The position numbers and the translations under genes were made by a program. 64,000 bases of DNA, taken from contig OZ024740.1 of NCBI GenBank assembly GCA_964016885.1, positions 436,666,001-436,730,000 of the forward strand, given 5' to 3'. Shown here piece by piece: positions 1 through 15,000 of this stretch. This DNA is from Eledone cirrhosa. Lineage: Eukaryota. The notes under the pieces were generated by a model. That model made no database searches and was not told where the DNA came from. It saw nothing but the letters and a program-made list of their open reading frames with translations. Positions within the stretch are counted from its first letter, which is position 1, and each line of letters opens with the position of its first letter.

Positions 1-3000
1 TGTTGTCTGGTTAGAGACTGTTGTCTGGTTATAGTGTGTTGTCTGGTTAGAGATTGTTGACTGGTTAGAGAGTGTTGACTGGTTATAGAGTGTTGTCTGG
101 TTAGAGACTGTTGTCTGGTTATAGAGTGTTGTCTGGTTATAGAGTGTTGACTGGTTAGAGAGTGTTGTCTGGTTAGAGATTGTTGACTGGTTAGAGAGTG
201 TTGACTGGTTATAGAGTGTTGTCTGGTTATAGAGTGTTGTCTGGTTATAGAGTGTTGACTGGTTAGAGAGTGTTGACTGGTTATAGAGTGTTGACTGGTT
301 AGAGAGTGTTGACTGGTTATAGAGTGTTGACTGGTTAGAGAGTGTTGACTGGTTATAGAGTGTTGTCTGGTTATAGAGTGTTGTCTGGTTATAGAATGTT
401 GACTGGTTATAGAGTGTTATCTGGTTATAGAATGTTGACTGGTTATAGAGTGTTGTCTGCTTATAGAGTGTTGACTGGTTATAGAGTGTTGTCTGGTTAT
501 AGAGTGTTGTCTGGTTATAGAGTGTTGTCTGGTTATAGAGTGTTGTCTGGTTATAGAGTGTTGACTGGTTATAGAGTGTTGTCTGGTTATAGAGTGTTGA
601 CTGGTTATAGAGTGTTGTCTGGTTATAGAGTGTCGACTGGTTATAGAGTGTTGACTGGTTAGAGAGTGTTGACTGGTTAGAGAGTGTTGACTGGTTAGAG
701 AGTGTTGTCTGGTTAGAGAGTGTTGACTGGTTAGAGAGTGTTGTCTGGTTAGAGAGTTTTGTCTGGTTATAGAGTGTTGATTGGTTACAGAGTGTTGTCT
801 GGTTATAGAATGTTGATTGGTTATAGAGTGTTGACTGGTTAGAGAGTGTTGTCTGGTTATAGAGTGTTGACTGGTTATAGAGTGTTGTCTGGTTAGAGAG
901 TGTTGTCTGGTTAGAGAGTGTTGACTGGTTATAGAGTGTTGACTGGTTAGAGAGTGTTGTCTGGTTATAGAGTGTTGATTGGTTATAGTGTGTTGACTGG
1001 TTAGAGAGTGTTGACTGGTTAGAGAGTGTTGTCTGGTTAGAGATTGTTGTCTGGTTAGAGAGTGTTGTCTGGTTATAGTGTGTTGTCTGGTTAGAGATTG
1101 TTGACTGGTTAGAGAGTGTTGACTGGTTAGAGAGTGTTGTCTGGTTATAGAGTGTTGATTGGTTATAGTGTGTTGACTGGTTAGAGAGTGTTGACTGGTT
1201 AGAGAGTGTTGTCTGGTTAGAGATTGTTGTCTGGTTAGAGAGTGTTGTCTGGTTATAGTGTGTTGTCTGGTTAGAGATTGTTGACTGGTTAGAGAGTGTT
1301 GACTGGTTAGAGAGTGTTGACTGGTTATAGAGTGTTGACTGGTTAGAGAGTGTTGACTGGTTATAGAGTGTTGTCTGGTTATAGAGCGTTGTCTGGTTAT
1401 AGAGTGTTGACTGGTTATAGAGTGTTGTCTGGTTACAGATTGTTGACTGGTTATAGAGTGTTGACTGGTTAGAGAGTGTTGTCTGGTTAGAGAGTGTTGA
1501 CTGGTTATAGAGTGTTGACTGGTTATAGAGTGTTGTCTGGTTAGAGAGTGTTGTCTGGTTAGAGAGTGTTGACTGGTTATAGAGTGTTGACTGGTTACAG
1601 AGTGTTGTCTGGTTAGAGAGTGTTGACTGGTTAGAGAGTGTTGACTGGTTATAGACTGTTTACTGGTTATAGAGTGTTGACTGGTTATAGAGTGTTGACT
1701 GGTTATAGAGCGTTGTCTGGTTATAGAGTGTTGACTGGTTATAGAGTGTTGACTGGTTATAGAGTGTTGTCTGGTTATAAAGTGTTGACTGGTTATAGAG
1801 TGTTGACTGGTTATAGAGTGTTGACTGGTTATAGAGTGTTGACTGGTTATAGAGTGTTGACTGGTTATAGTGTGTTGACTGGTTATAGAGTGTTGACTGG
1901 TTATAGAGTGTTGTCTGGTTATAGAGTGTTGACTGGTTATAGAGAGTTGACTGTTTATAGAGTGTTGACTGGTTATAGAGTGTTGACTGATTATAGAGTG
2001 TTGTCTGGTTATAGAGTGTTGACTGGTTATCGAGTGTTGTCTGGTTAGAGAGTGTTGACTGCTTATAGAGTGTTGTCTGGTTAGAGAGTGTTGACTGGTT
2101 AGAGAGTGTTGACTGGTTATAGAGTGTTGTCTGGTTATAGAGTGTTGTCTGGTTATAGAGTGTTGTCTGGTTATAGACTGTTGTCTGGTTAGAGAGTGTT
2201 GACTGGTTAGAGAGTGTTTTCTGGTTATAGAGTGTTGCCTGGTTATAGAGTGTTGTCTGGTTATAGAGTGTTGTCTGGTTATAGAGCGTTGACTGGTTAG
2301 AGAGTGTTGTCTGATTATAGAGTGTTGTCTGTTTAGAGAGTGTTGTCTGGTTAGAGAGTGTTGTCTGGTTATAGAGTGTTGACTGGTTATAGAGTGTTGA
2401 CTGGTTATAGAGTGTTGTCTGGTTATAGAGAGTTGACTGGTTATAGAGTGTTGACTGTTTATAGAGTGTTGACTGGTTAGAGAGTGTTGTCTGGTTATAG
2501 AGTGTTGACTGGTTAAAGAGTGTTGTCTGGTTAGAGAGTGTTGACTGGTTATAGAGTGTTTTCTGGTTAGAGAGTGTTGACTGGTTAGAGAGTGTTGCCG
2601 GGTTATAGAGTGTTGACTGGTTATAGAGTGTTGTCTGGTTAGAGAGTTTTGACTGGTTAGAGAGTGTTGACTGGTTATAGAATGTTGACTGGTTAGAGAG
2701 TGTTGTCTCGTTAGAGAGTGTTGTCTGGTTAGAGAGTGTTGTCTGGTTATAGAGTGTTGTCTGGTTAGAGAGTGTTGTCTGGTTAGAGAGTGTTGACTGG
2801 TTAGAGAGTGTTGACTGGTTATAGAGTGTTGTCTGGTTAGAGAGTGTTGTCTGGTTATAGAGTGATGCCTGCTTATAGAGTGTTGACTGGTTATAGAGTG
2901 TTGACTGGTTATAGAGTGTTGTCTGGTTAGAGAGTGTTGACTGGTTATAGAGTGTTGTCTGGTTAGAGAGTGTTGACTGGTTAGAGAGTGTTGACTGGTT

Positions 3001-6000
3001 ATAGAGTGTTGACTGGTTATAGAGTGTTGACTGGTTATAGAGTGTTGACTGGTTATACAGTGTTGTCTGGTTATAGAGTGTTGACTGGTTATAGAGTGTT
3101 GTCTGGTTATAGAGTGTTGTCTGGTTATAGAGTGTTGTCTGGTTAGAGAGTGTTGACTGGTTAGAGAGTGTTGACTGGTTAGAGAGTGTTGACTGGCTAG
3201 AGAGTGTTGACTGGTTATAGAGTGTTGACTGGTTATAGAGTGTTGACTGGTTAGAGAGTGTTGACTAGTTAGAGAGTGTTGTCTGGTTAGAGAGTGTTGA
3301 CTAGTTATAGAGTGTTGACTGGTTATAGAGTGTTGTCTGGTTATAGAGTGTTGACTGGTTAGAGAGTGTTGTCTGGTTAGAGAGTGTTGACTGGTTAGAG
3401 AGTGTTGACTGGTTAAAGAGAGTTGACTGGTTATAGAGTGTTGACTGGTTATCGAGTGTTGTCTGGTTAGAGAGTGTTGACTGCTTATAGAGTGTTGTCT
3501 GGTTAGAGAGTGTTGACTGGTTAGAGAGTGTTGACTGGTTATAGAGTGTTGTCTGGTTATAGAGTGTTGTCTGGTTATAGAGTGTTGTCTGGTTATAGAC
3601 TGTTGTCTGGTTAGAGAGTGTTGACTGGTTAGAGAGTGTTTTCTGGTTATAGAGTGTTGACTGGTTATAGAGTGTTGTCTGGTTATAGAGTGTTGTCTGG
3701 TTATAGAGTGTTGACTGGTTAGAGAGTGTTGTCTGATTATAGAGTGTTGTCTGTATAGAGAGTGTTGTCTGGTTAGAGAGTGTTGTCTGGTTATAGAGTG
3801 TTGACTGGTTATAGAGTGTTGACTGGTTATAGAGTGTTGACTGGTTATAGAGTGTTGACTGGTTAGAGAGTGTTGTCTGGTTATAGAGTGTTGACTGGTT
3901 AAAGAGTGTTGTCTGGTTAGAGAGTGTTGACTGGTTATAGAGTGTTTTCTGGTTAGAGAGTGTTGTCTGGTTATAGAGTGATGCCTGCTTATAGAGTGTT
4001 GACTGGTTATAGAGTGTTGACTGGTTATAGAGTGTTGTCTGGTTAGAGAGTGTTGACTGGTTATAGAGTGTTGTCTGGTTAGAGAGTGTTGACTGGTTAG
4101 AGAGTGTTGACTGGTTATAGAGTGATGCCTGCTTATAGAGTGTTGACTGGTTATAGAGTGTTGACTGGTTATAGAGTGTTGTCTGGTTATAGAGTGTTGT
4201 CTGGTTATAGAGTGTTGTCTGGTTATAGACTGTTGTCTGGTTATAGAGTGTTGACTGGTTAGAGAGTGTTGTCTGGTTATAGAGTGTTGACTGGTTAAAG
4301 AGTGTTGTCTGGTTATAGAGTGTTGACTGGTTATAGAGTGTTGTCTGGTTATAGAGTGTTGTCTGGTTATAGAGTGTTGTCTGGTTAGAGAGTGTTGACT
4401 GGTTAGAGAGTGTTGACTGGTTAGAGAGTGTTGACTGGCTAGAGAGTGTTGACTGGTTATAGAGTGTTGACTGGTTATAGAGTGTTGACTGGTTAGAGAG
4501 TGTTGACTAGTTAGAGAGTGTTGTCTGGTTAGAGAGTGTTGACTAGTTATAGAGTGTTGACTGGTTATAGAGTGTTGTCTGGTTATAGAGTGTTGACTGG
4601 TTAGAGAGTGTTGTCTGGTTAGAGAGTGTTGACTGGTTAGAGAGTGTTGACTGGTTAAAGAGAGTTGACTGGTTATAGAGTGTTGACTGGTTATCGAGTG
4701 TTGTCTGGTTAGAGAGTGTTGACTGCTTATAGAGTGTTGTCTGGTTAGAGAGTGTTGACTGGTTAGAGAGTGTTGACTGGTTATAGAGTGTTGTCTGGTT
4801 ATAGAGTGTTGTCTGGTTATAGAGTGTTGTCTGGTTATAGACTGTTGTCTGGTTAGAGAGTGTTGACTGGTTAGAGAGTGTTTTCTGGTTATAGAGTGTT
4901 GACTGGTTATAGAGTGTTGTCTGGTTATAGAGTGTTGTCTGGTTATAGAGTGTTGACTGGTTAGAGAGTGTTGTCTGATTATAGAGTGTTGTCTGTTTAG
5001 AGAGTGTTGTCTGGTTAGAGAGTGTTGTCTGGTTATAGAGTGTTGACTGGTTATAGAGTGTTGACTGGTTATAGAGTGTTGTCTGGTTATAGAGAGTTGA
5101 CTGGTTATAGAGTGTTGACTGGTTATAGAGTGTTGACTGGTTAGAGAGTGTTGTCTGGTTATAGAGAGTTGACTGGTTAAAGAGTGTTGTCTGGTTAGAG
5201 AGTGTTGACTGGTTATAGAGTGTTTTCTGGTTAGAGAGTGTTGACTGGTTAGAGAGTGTTGCCGGGTTATAGAGTGTTGACTGGTTATAGAGTGTTGTCT
5301 GGTTAGAGAGTTTTGACTGGTTAGAGAGTGTTGACTGGTTATAGAATGTTGACTGGTTAGAGAGTGTTGTCTCGTTAGAGAGTGTTGTCTGGTTAGAGAG
5401 TGTTGTCTGGTTATAGAGTGTTGTCTGGTTAGAGAGTGTTGTCTGGTTAGAGAGTGTTGACTGGTTAGAGAGTGTTGACTGGTTATAGAGTGTTGTCTGG
5501 TTAGAGAGTGTTGTCTGGTTATAGAGTGATGCCTGCTTATAGAGTGTTGACTGGTTATAGAGTGTTGACTGGTTATAGAGTGTTGTCTGGTTAGAGAGTT
5601 TTGACTGGTTAGAGAGTGTTGACTGGTTATAGAGTGTTAACTGGTTAGAGAGTGTTGTCTGGTTATAGAGTGATGCCTGCTTATAGAGTGTTGACTGGTT
5701 ATAGAGTGTTGTCTGGTTAGAGAGTGTTGACTGGTTAGAGAGTGTTGACTGGTTATAGAGTGTTGTCTGGTTAGAGAGTGTTGACTGGTTAGAGAGTGTT
5801 GACTGGTTATAGAGTGTTGACTGGTTATAGAGTGTTGACTGGTTATAGAGTGTTGACTGGTTATACAGTGTTGTCTGGTTATAGAGTGTTGACTGGTTAT
5901 AGAGTGTTGTCTGGTTATAGAGTGTTGTCTGGTTATAGAGTGTTGTCTGGTTAGAGAGTGTTGACTGGTTAGAGAGTGTTGACTGGTTAGAGAGTGTTGA

Positions 6001-9000
6001 CTGGCTAGAGAGTGTTGACTGGTTATAGAGTGTTGACTGGTTATAGAGTGTTGACTGGTTAGAGAGTGTTGACTAGTTAGAGAGTGTTGTCTGGTTAGAG
6101 AGTGTTGACTAGTTATAGAGTGCTGACTGGTTATAGAGTGTTGTCTGGTTATAGAGTGTTGACTGGTTAGAGAGTGTTGTCTGGTTAGAGAGTGTTGACT
6201 GGTTAGAGAGTGTTGACTGGTTAAAGAGAGTTGACTGGTTATAGAGTGTTGACTGGTTATCGAGTGTTGTCTGGTTAGAGAGTGTTGACTGCTTATAGAG
6301 TGTTGTCTGGTTAGAGAGTGTTGACTGGTTAGAGAGTGTTGACTGGTTATAGAGTGTTGTCTGGTTATAGAGTGTTGACTGGTTATAGAGTGTTGTCTGG
6401 TTATAGAGTGTTGTCTGGTTATAGAGTGTTGACTGGTTAGAGAGTGTTGTCTGATTATAGAGTGTTGTCTGTTTAGAGAGTGTTGTCTGGTTAGAGAGTG
6501 TTGTCTGGTTATAGAGTGTTGACTGGTTATAGAGTGTTGACTGGTTATAGAGTGTTGTCTGGTTATAGAGAGTTGACTGGTTATAGAGTGTTGACTGGTT
6601 ATAGAGTGTTGACTGGTTAGAGAGTGTTGTCTGGTTATAGAGTGTTGACTGGTTAAAGAGTGTTGTCTGGTTAGAGAGTGTTGACTGGTTATAGAGTGTT
6701 TTCTGGTTAGAGAGTGTTGACTGGTTAGAGAGTGTTGCCGGGTTATAGAGTGTTGACTGGTTATAGAGTGTTGTCTGGTTAGAGAGTTTTGGCTGGTTAG
6801 AGAGTGTTGACTGGTTATAGAATGTTGACTGGTTAGAGAGTGTTGTCTCGTTAGAGAGTGTTGTCTGGTTAGAGAGTGTTGTCTGGTTATAGAGTGTTGT
6901 CTGGTTAGAGAGTGTTGTCTGGTTAGAGAGTGTTGACTGGTTAGAGAGTGTTGACTGGTTATAGAGTGTTGTCTGGTTAGAGAGTGTTGTCTGGTTATAG
7001 AGTGATGCCTGCTTATAGAGTGTTGACTGGTTATAGAGTGTTGACTGGTTATAGAGTGTTGTCTGGTTAGAGAGTTTTGACTGGTTAGAGAGTGTTGACT
7101 GGTTATAGAGTGTTAACTGGTTAGAGAGTGTTGTCTGGTTATAGAGTGATGCCTGCTTATAGAGTGTTGACTGGTTATAGAGTGTTGTCTGGTTAGAGAG
7201 TGTTGACTGGTTAGAGAGTGTTGACTGGTTATAGAGTGTTGTCTGGTTAGAGAGTGTTGACTGGTTAGAGAGTGTTGACTGGTTATAGAGTGTTGACTGG
7301 TTATAGAGTGTTGACTGGTTATAGAGTGTTGACTGGTTATACAGTGTTGTCTGGTTATAGAGTGTTGACTGGTTATAGAGTGTTGTCTGGTTATAGAGTG
7401 TTGTCTGGTTATAGAGTGTTGTCTGGTTAGAGAGTGTTGACTGGTTAGAGAGTGTTGACTGGTTAGAGAGTGTTGACTGGCTAGAGAGTGTTGACTGGTT
7501 ATAGAGTGTTGACTGGTTATAGAGTGTTGACTGGTTATAGAGTGTTGTCTGGTTATAGAGTGTTGACTGGTTAGAGAGTGTTGTCTGGTTAGAGAGAGTT
7601 GACTGGTTAGAGAGTGTTGACTGGTTAAAGAGAGTTGACTGGTTATAGAGTGTTGACTGGTTATAGAGTGTTGACTGGTTATAGAGAGTTGTCTGGTTAG
7701 AGAGTGTTGACTGGTTAGAGAGTGTTGACTGGTTATAGAGTGTTGTCTGGTTAGAGAGTGTTGACTGGTTAGAGAGTGTTGACTGGTTATAGAGTGTTGA
7801 CTGGTTATAGAGTGTTGACTGGTTATAGAGTGTTGACTGGTTATAGAGTGTTGTCTAGTTATAGAGTGTTGACTGGTTATAGAGTGTTGACTGGTTATAG
7901 AGTGTTGTCTGGTTACAGAGTGTTTTCTGGTTAGAGAGTGTTGTCTGGTTAGAGAGTGTTGACTGGTTATAGAGTGTTGTCTGGTTATAGAGTGTTGACT
8001 GGTTATAGAGTGTTGACTGGTTATAGAGTGTTGTCTGGTTAGAGAGTGTTGACTGGTTAGAGAGTGTTGACTGGTTATAGAATGTTGACTGGTTAGAGAG
8101 TGTTGTCTCGTTAGAGAGTGTTGTCTGGTTAGAGAGTGTTGTCTGGTTATAGAGTGTTGTCTGGTTAGAGAGTGTTGACTGGTTAGAGAGTGTTGACTGG
8201 TTATAGAGTGTTGACTGGTTATTGAGTGTTGACTGGTTATAGAGTGTTGACTGGTTATACAGTGTTGTCTGGTTATAGAGTGTTGACTGGTTATAGAGTG
8301 TTGTCTGGTTATAGAGTGTTGTCTGGTTAGAGAGTGTTGTCTGGTTAGAGAGTGTTGACTGGTTAGAGAGTGTTGACTGGTTATAGAGTGTTGTCTGGTT
8401 AGAGAGTGTTGTCTGGTTATAGAGTGATGCCTGCTTATAGAGTGTTGACTGGTTATAGAGTGTTGACTGGTTATAGAGTGTTGTCTGGTTAGAGAGTTTT
8501 GACTGGTTAGAGAGTGTTGACTGGTTATAGAGTGTTAACTGGTTAGAGAGTGTTGTCTGGTTATAGAGTGATGCCTGCTTATAGAGTGTTGACTGGTTAT
8601 AGAGTGTTGTCTGGTTAGAGAGTGTTGACTGGTTAGAGAGTGTTGACTGGTTATAGAGTGTTGTCTGGTTAGAGAGTGATGACTGGTTAGAGAGTGTTGA
8701 CTGGTTATAGAGTGTTGACTGGTTATAGAGTGTTGACTGGTTATAGAGTGTTGACTGGTTATAGAGTGTTGTCTGGTTATAGAGTGTTGACTGGTTATAG
8801 AGTGTTGTCTGGTTATAGAGTGTTGTCTGGTTATAGAGTGTTGTCTGGTTAGAGAGTGTTGACTGGTTAGAGAGTGTTGACTGGTTAGAGAGTGTTGACT
8901 GGCTAGAGAGTGTTGACTGGTTATAGAGTGTTGACTGGTTATAGAGTGTTGACTGGTTATAGAGTGTTGTCTGGTTATAGAGTGTTGTCTGGTTAGAGAG

Positions 9001-12000
9001 TGTTGACTGGTTATAGAGTGTTGTCTGGTTATAGAGTGTTGACTGGTTATAGAGTGTTGACTGGTTATAGAGTGTTGTCTGGTTAGAGAGTTTTGACTGG
9101 TTAGAGAGTGTTGACTGGTTATAGAATGTTGACTGGTTAGAGAGTGTTGTCTCGTTAGAGAGTGTTGTCTGGTTAGAGAGTGTTGTCTGGTTATAGAGTG
9201 TTGTCTGGTTAGAGAGTGTTGACTGGTTAGAGAGTGTTGACTGGTTATAGAGTGTTGACTGGTTATAGAGTGTTGACTGGTTATAGAGTGTTGACTGGTT
9301 ATACAGTGTTGTCTGGTTATAGAGTGTTGACTGGTTATAGAGTGTTGTCTGGTTATAGAGTGTTGTCTGGTTATAGAGTGTTGTCTGGTTAGAGAGTGTT
9401 GACTGGTTAGAGAGTGTTGACTGGTTAGAGAGTGTTGACTGGCTAGAGAGTGTTGACTGGTTATAGAGTGTTGACTGGTTATAGAGTGTTGACTGGTTAT
9501 AGAGTGTTGTCTGGTTATAGAGTGTTGTCTGGTTAGAGAGTGTTGACTGGTTATAGAGTGTTGTCTGGTTATAGAGTGTTGACTGGTTATAGAGTGTTGA
9601 CTGGTTATAGAGTGTTGTCTGGTTAGAGAGTTTTGACTGGTTAGAGAGTGTTGACTGGTTATAGAATGTTGACTGGTTAGAGAGTGTTGTCTCGTTAGAG
9701 AGTGTTGTCTGGTTAGAGAGTGTTGTCTGGTTATAGAGTGTTGTCTGGTTAGAGAGTGTTGTCTGGTTAGAGAGTGTTGACTGGTTAGAGAGTGTTGACT
9801 GGTTATAGAGTGTTGTCTGGTTAGAGAGTGTTGTCTGGTTATAGAGTGATGCCTGCTTATAGAGTGTTGACTGGTTATAGAGTGTTGACTGGTTATAGAG
9901 TGTTGTCTGGTTAGAGAGTTTTGACTGGTTAGAGAGTGTTGACTGCTTATAGAGTGTTAACTGGTTAGAGAGTGTTGTCTGGTTATAGAGTGATGCCTGC
10001 TTATAGAGTGTTGACTGGTTATAGAGTGTTGTCTGGTTAGAGAGTGTTGACTGGTTAGAGAGTGTTGACTGGTTATAGAGTGTTGTCTGGTTAGAGAGTG
10101 TTGACTGGTTAGAGAGTGTTGACTGGTTATAGAGTGTTGACTGGTTATAGAGTGTTGACTGGTTATAGAGTGTTGACTGGTTATACAGTGTTGTCTGGTT
10201 ATAGAGTGTTGACTGGTTATAGAGTGTTGTCTGGTTATAGAGTGTTGTCTGGTTATAGAGTGTTGTCTGGTTAGAGAGTGTTGACTGGTTAGAGAGTGTT
10301 GACTGGTTAGAGAGTGTTGACTGGCTAGAGAGTGTTGACTGGTTATAGAGTGTTGACTGGTTATAGAGTGTTGACTGGTTATAGAGTGTTGTCTGGTTAT
10401 AGAGTGTTGACTGGTTGGAGAGTGTTGTCTGGTTAGAGAGTGTTGACTGGTTAGAGAGTGTTGACTGGTTAAAGAGAGTTGACTGGTTATAGAGTGTTGA
10501 CTGGTTATAGAGTGTTGACTGGTTATAGAGAGTTGTCTGGTTAGAGAGTGTTGACTGGTTAGAGAGTGTTGACTGGTTATAGAGTGTTGTCTGGTTAGAG
10601 AGTGTTGACTGGTTAGAGAGTGTTGACTGGTTATAGAGTGTTGACTGGTTATAGAGTGTTGACTGGTTATAGAGTGTTGACTGGTTATAGAGTGTTGTCT
10701 AGTTATAGAGTGTTGACTGGTTATAGAGTGTTGTCTGGTTACAGAGTGTTTTCTGGTTAGAGAGTGTTGTCTGGTTAGAGAGTGTTGACTGGTTATAGAG
10801 TGTTGTCTGGTTATAGAGTGTTGACTGGTTATAGAGTGTTGACTGGTTATAGAGTGTTGATTGGTTATAGAGTGTTGTCTGGTTAGAGGGTGTTGACTGG
10901 TTATAGAGTGTTGACTGGTTAGAGAGTGTTGTCTGGTTATAGAGTGTTGTCTGGTTATAGAGTGTTGTCTGGTTAGAGAGTGTTGACTGGTTATAGAGTG
11001 TTGACTGGTTATAGAGTGTTGTCTGGTTAGAGAGTTTTGACTGGTTAGAGAGTGTTGACTGCTTATAGAGTGTTAACTGGTTAGAGAGTGTTGTCTGGTT
11101 ATAGAGTGATGCCTGCTTATAGAGTGTTGACTGGTTATAGAGTGTTGTCTGGTTAGAGAGTGTTGACTGGTTAGAGAGTGTTGACTGGTTATAGAGTGTT
11201 GTCTGGTTAGAGAGTGTTGACTGGTTAGAGAGTGTTGACTGGTTATAGAGTGTTGACTGGTTATAGAGTGTTGACTGGTTATAGAGTGTTGACTGGTTAT
11301 ACAGTGTTGTCTGGTTATAGAGTGTTGACTGGTTATAGAGTGTTGTCTGGTTATAGAGTGTTGTCTGGTTATAGAGTGTTGTCTGGTTAGAGAGTGTTGA
11401 CTGGTTAGAGAGTGTTGACTGGTTAGAGAGTGTTGACTGGCTAGAGAGTGTTGACTGGTTATAGAGTGTTGACTGGTTATAGAGTGTTGACTGGTTATAG
11501 AGTGTTGTCTGGTTATAGACTGTTGACTGGTTAGAGCGTGTTGTCTGGTTAGAGAGTGTTGACTGGTTAGAGAGTGTTGACTGGTTAAAGAGAGTTGACT
11601 GGTTATAGAGTGTTGACTGGTTATAGAGTGTTGACTGGTTATAGAGAGTTGTCTGGTTAGAGAGTGTTGACTGGTTAGAGAGTGTTGACTGGTTATAGAG
11701 TGTTGTCTGGTTAGAGAGTGTTGACTGGTTAGAGAGTGTTGACTGGTTATAGAGTGTTGACTGGTTATAGAGTGTTGACTGGTTATAGAGTGTTGACTGG
11801 TTATAGAGTGTTGTCTAGTTATAGAGTGTTGACTGGTTATAGAGTGTTGTCTGGTTACAGAGTGTTTTCTGGTTAGAGAGTGTTGTCTGGTTAGAGAGTG
11901 TTGACTGGTTATAGAGTGTTGTCTGGTTATAGAGTGTTGACTGGTTATAGAGTGTTGACTGGTTATAGAGTGTTGATTGGTTATAGAGTGTTGTCTGGTT

Positions 12001-15000
12001 AGAGGGTGTTGACTGGTTATAGAGTGTTGACTGGTTAGAGAGTGTTGTCTGGTTATAGAGTGTTGTCTGGTTATAGAGTGTTGTCTGGTTATAGCGTGTT
12101 GACTGGTTATAGAGTGTTGTCTGGTTATAGAGTGTTGTCTGGTTATAGAGTGTTGTCTGGTTATAGTGTGTTGACTGGTTATAGGATGTTGTATGGTTAT
12201 AGGGTGTTGTCTGGTTATAGAGTGTTGTCTGGTTATAGAGTGTTGTCTGGTTATAGAGTGTTGACTGGTTAGAGAGTGTTGTCTGGTTAGTGAGTGTTGT
12301 CTGGTTAGAGAGTGTTGACTGGTTAGAGAGTGTTGACTGGTTATAGAGTGTTGACTGGTTATAGAGTGTTGACTGGTTATAGAGTGTTGACTGGTTATAC
12401 AGTGTTGTCTGGTTATAGAGTGTTGACTGGTTATAGAGTGTTGTCTGGTTATAGAGTGTTGTCTGGTTATAGAGTGTTGTCTGGTTAGAGAGTGTTGACT
12501 GGTTAGAGAGTGTTGACTGGTTAGAGAGTGTTGACTGGCTAGAGAGTGTTGACTGGTTATAGAGTGTTGACTGGTTATAGAGTGTTGACTGGTTTGAGAG
12601 TGTTGACTAGTTAGAGAGTGTTGTCTGGTTAGAGAGTGTTGACTAGTTATAGAGTGTTGACTGGTTATAGAGTGTTGTCTGGTTATAGACTGTTGACTGG
12701 TTAGAGAGTGTTGTCTGGTTAGAGAGTGTTGACTGGTTAGAGAGTGTTGACTGGTTAAAGAGAGTTGACTGGTTATAGAGTGTTGACTGGTTATCGAGTG
12801 TTGTCTGGTTAGAGAGTGTTGACTGCTTATAGAGTGTTGTCTGGTTAGAGAGTGTTGACTGGTTAGAGAGTGTTGACTGGTTATAGAGTGTTGTCTGGTT
12901 ATAGAGTGTTGACTGGTTATAGAGTGTTGTCTGGTTATAGAGTGTTGTCTGGTTATAGAGTGTTGACTGGTTAGAGAGTGTTGTCTGATTATAGAGTGTT
13001 GTCTGTTTAGAGAGTGTTGTCTGGTTAGAGAGTGTTGTCTGGTTATAGAGTGTTGACTGGTTATAGAGTGTTGACTGGTTATAGAGTGTTGTCTGGTTAT
13101 AGAGAGTTGACTGGTTATAGAGTGTTGACTGGTTATAGAGTGTTGACTGGTTAGAGAGTGTTGTCTGGTTATAGAGTGTTGACTGGTTAAAGAGTGTTGT
13201 CTGGTTAGAGAGTGTTGACTGGTTATAGAGTGTTTTCTGGTTAGAGAGTGTTGACTGGTTAGAGAGTGTTGCCGGGTTATAGAGTGTTGACTGGTTATAG
13301 AGTGTTGTCTGGTTAGAGAGTTTTGACTGGTTAGAGAGTGTTGACTGGTTATAGAATGTTGACTGGTTAGAGAGTGTTGTCTCGTTAGAGAGTGTTGTCT
13401 GGTTAGAGAGTGTTGTCTGGTTATAGAGTGTTGTCTGGTTAGAGAGTGTTGTCTGGTTAGAGAGTGTTGACTGGTTAGAGAGTGTTGACTGGTTATAGAG
13501 TGTTGTCTGGTTAGAGAGTGTTGTCTGGTTATAGAGTGATGCCTGCTTATAGAGTGTTGACTGGTTATAGAGTGTTGACTGGTTATAGAGTGTTGTCTGG
13601 TTAGAGAGTTTTGACTGGTTAGAGAGTGTTGACTGGTTATAGAGTGTTAACTGGTTAGAGAGTGTTGTCTGGTTATAGAGTGATGCCTGCTTATAGAGTG
13701 TTGACTGGTTATAGAGTGTTGACTGGTTATAGAGTGTTGTCTGGTTATAGAGTGTTGTCTGGTTAGAGAGTGTTGACTGGTTAGAGAGTGTTGACTGGTT
13801 ATAGAGTGTTGTCTGGTTAGAGAGTGTTGACTGGTTAGAGAGTGTTGACTGGTTATAGAGTGTTGACTGGTTATAGAGTGTTGACTGGTTATAGAGTGTT
13901 GACTGGTTATACAGTGTTGTCTGGTTATAGAGTGTTGACTGGTTATAGAGTGTTGTCTGGTTATAGAGTGTTGTCTGGTTATAGAGTGTTGTCTGGTTAG
14001 AGAGTGTTGACTGGTTAGAGAGTGTTGACTGGTTAGAGAGTGTTGACTGGCTAGAGAGTGTTGACTGGTTATAGAGTGTTGACTGGTTATAGAGTGTTGA
14101 CTGGTTATAGAGTGTTGTCTGGTTATAGACTGTTGACTGGTTAGAGCGTGTTGTCTGGTTAGAGAGTGTTGACTGGTTAGAGAGTGTTGACTGGTTAAAG
14201 AGAGTTGACTGGTTATAGAGTGTTGACTGGTTATAGAGTGTTGACTGGTTATAGAGAGTTGTCTGGTTAGAGAGTGTTGACTGGTTAGAGAGTGTTGACT
14301 GGTTATAGAGTGTTGTCTGGTTAGAGAGTGTTGACTGGTTAGAGAGTGTTGACTGGTTATAGAGTGTTGACTGGTTATAGAGTGTTGACTGGTTATAGAG
14401 TGTTGACTGGTTATAGAGTGTTGTCTAGTTATAGAGTGTTGACTGGTTATAGAGTGTTGTCTGGTTACAGAGTGTTTTCTGGTTAGAGAGTGTTGTCTGG
14501 TTAGAGAGTGTTGACTGGTTATAGAGTGTTGTCTGGTTATAGAGTGTTGACTGGTTATAGAGTGTTGACTGGTTATAGAGTGTTGATTGGTTATAGAGTG
14601 TTGTCTGGTTAGAGGGTGTTGACTGGTTATAGAGTGTTGACTGGTTAGAGAGTGTTGTCTGGTTATAGAGTGTTGTCTGGTTATAGAGTGTTGTCTGGTT
14701 ATAGCGTGTTGACTGGTTATAGAGTGTTGTCTGGTTATAGAGTGTTGTCTGGTTATAGAGTGTTGTCTGGTTATAGTGTGTTGACTGGTTATAGGATGTT
14801 GTATGGTTATAGGGTGTTGTCTGGTTATAGAGTGTTGTCTGGTTATAGAGTGTTGTCTGGTTATAGAGTGTTGACTGGTTAGAGAGTGTTGTCTGGTTAG
14901 TGAGTGTTGTCTGGTTAGAGAGTGTTGACTGGTTAGAGAGTGTTGACTGGTTATAGAGTGTTGACTGGTTATAGAGTGTTGACTGGTTATAGAGTGTTGA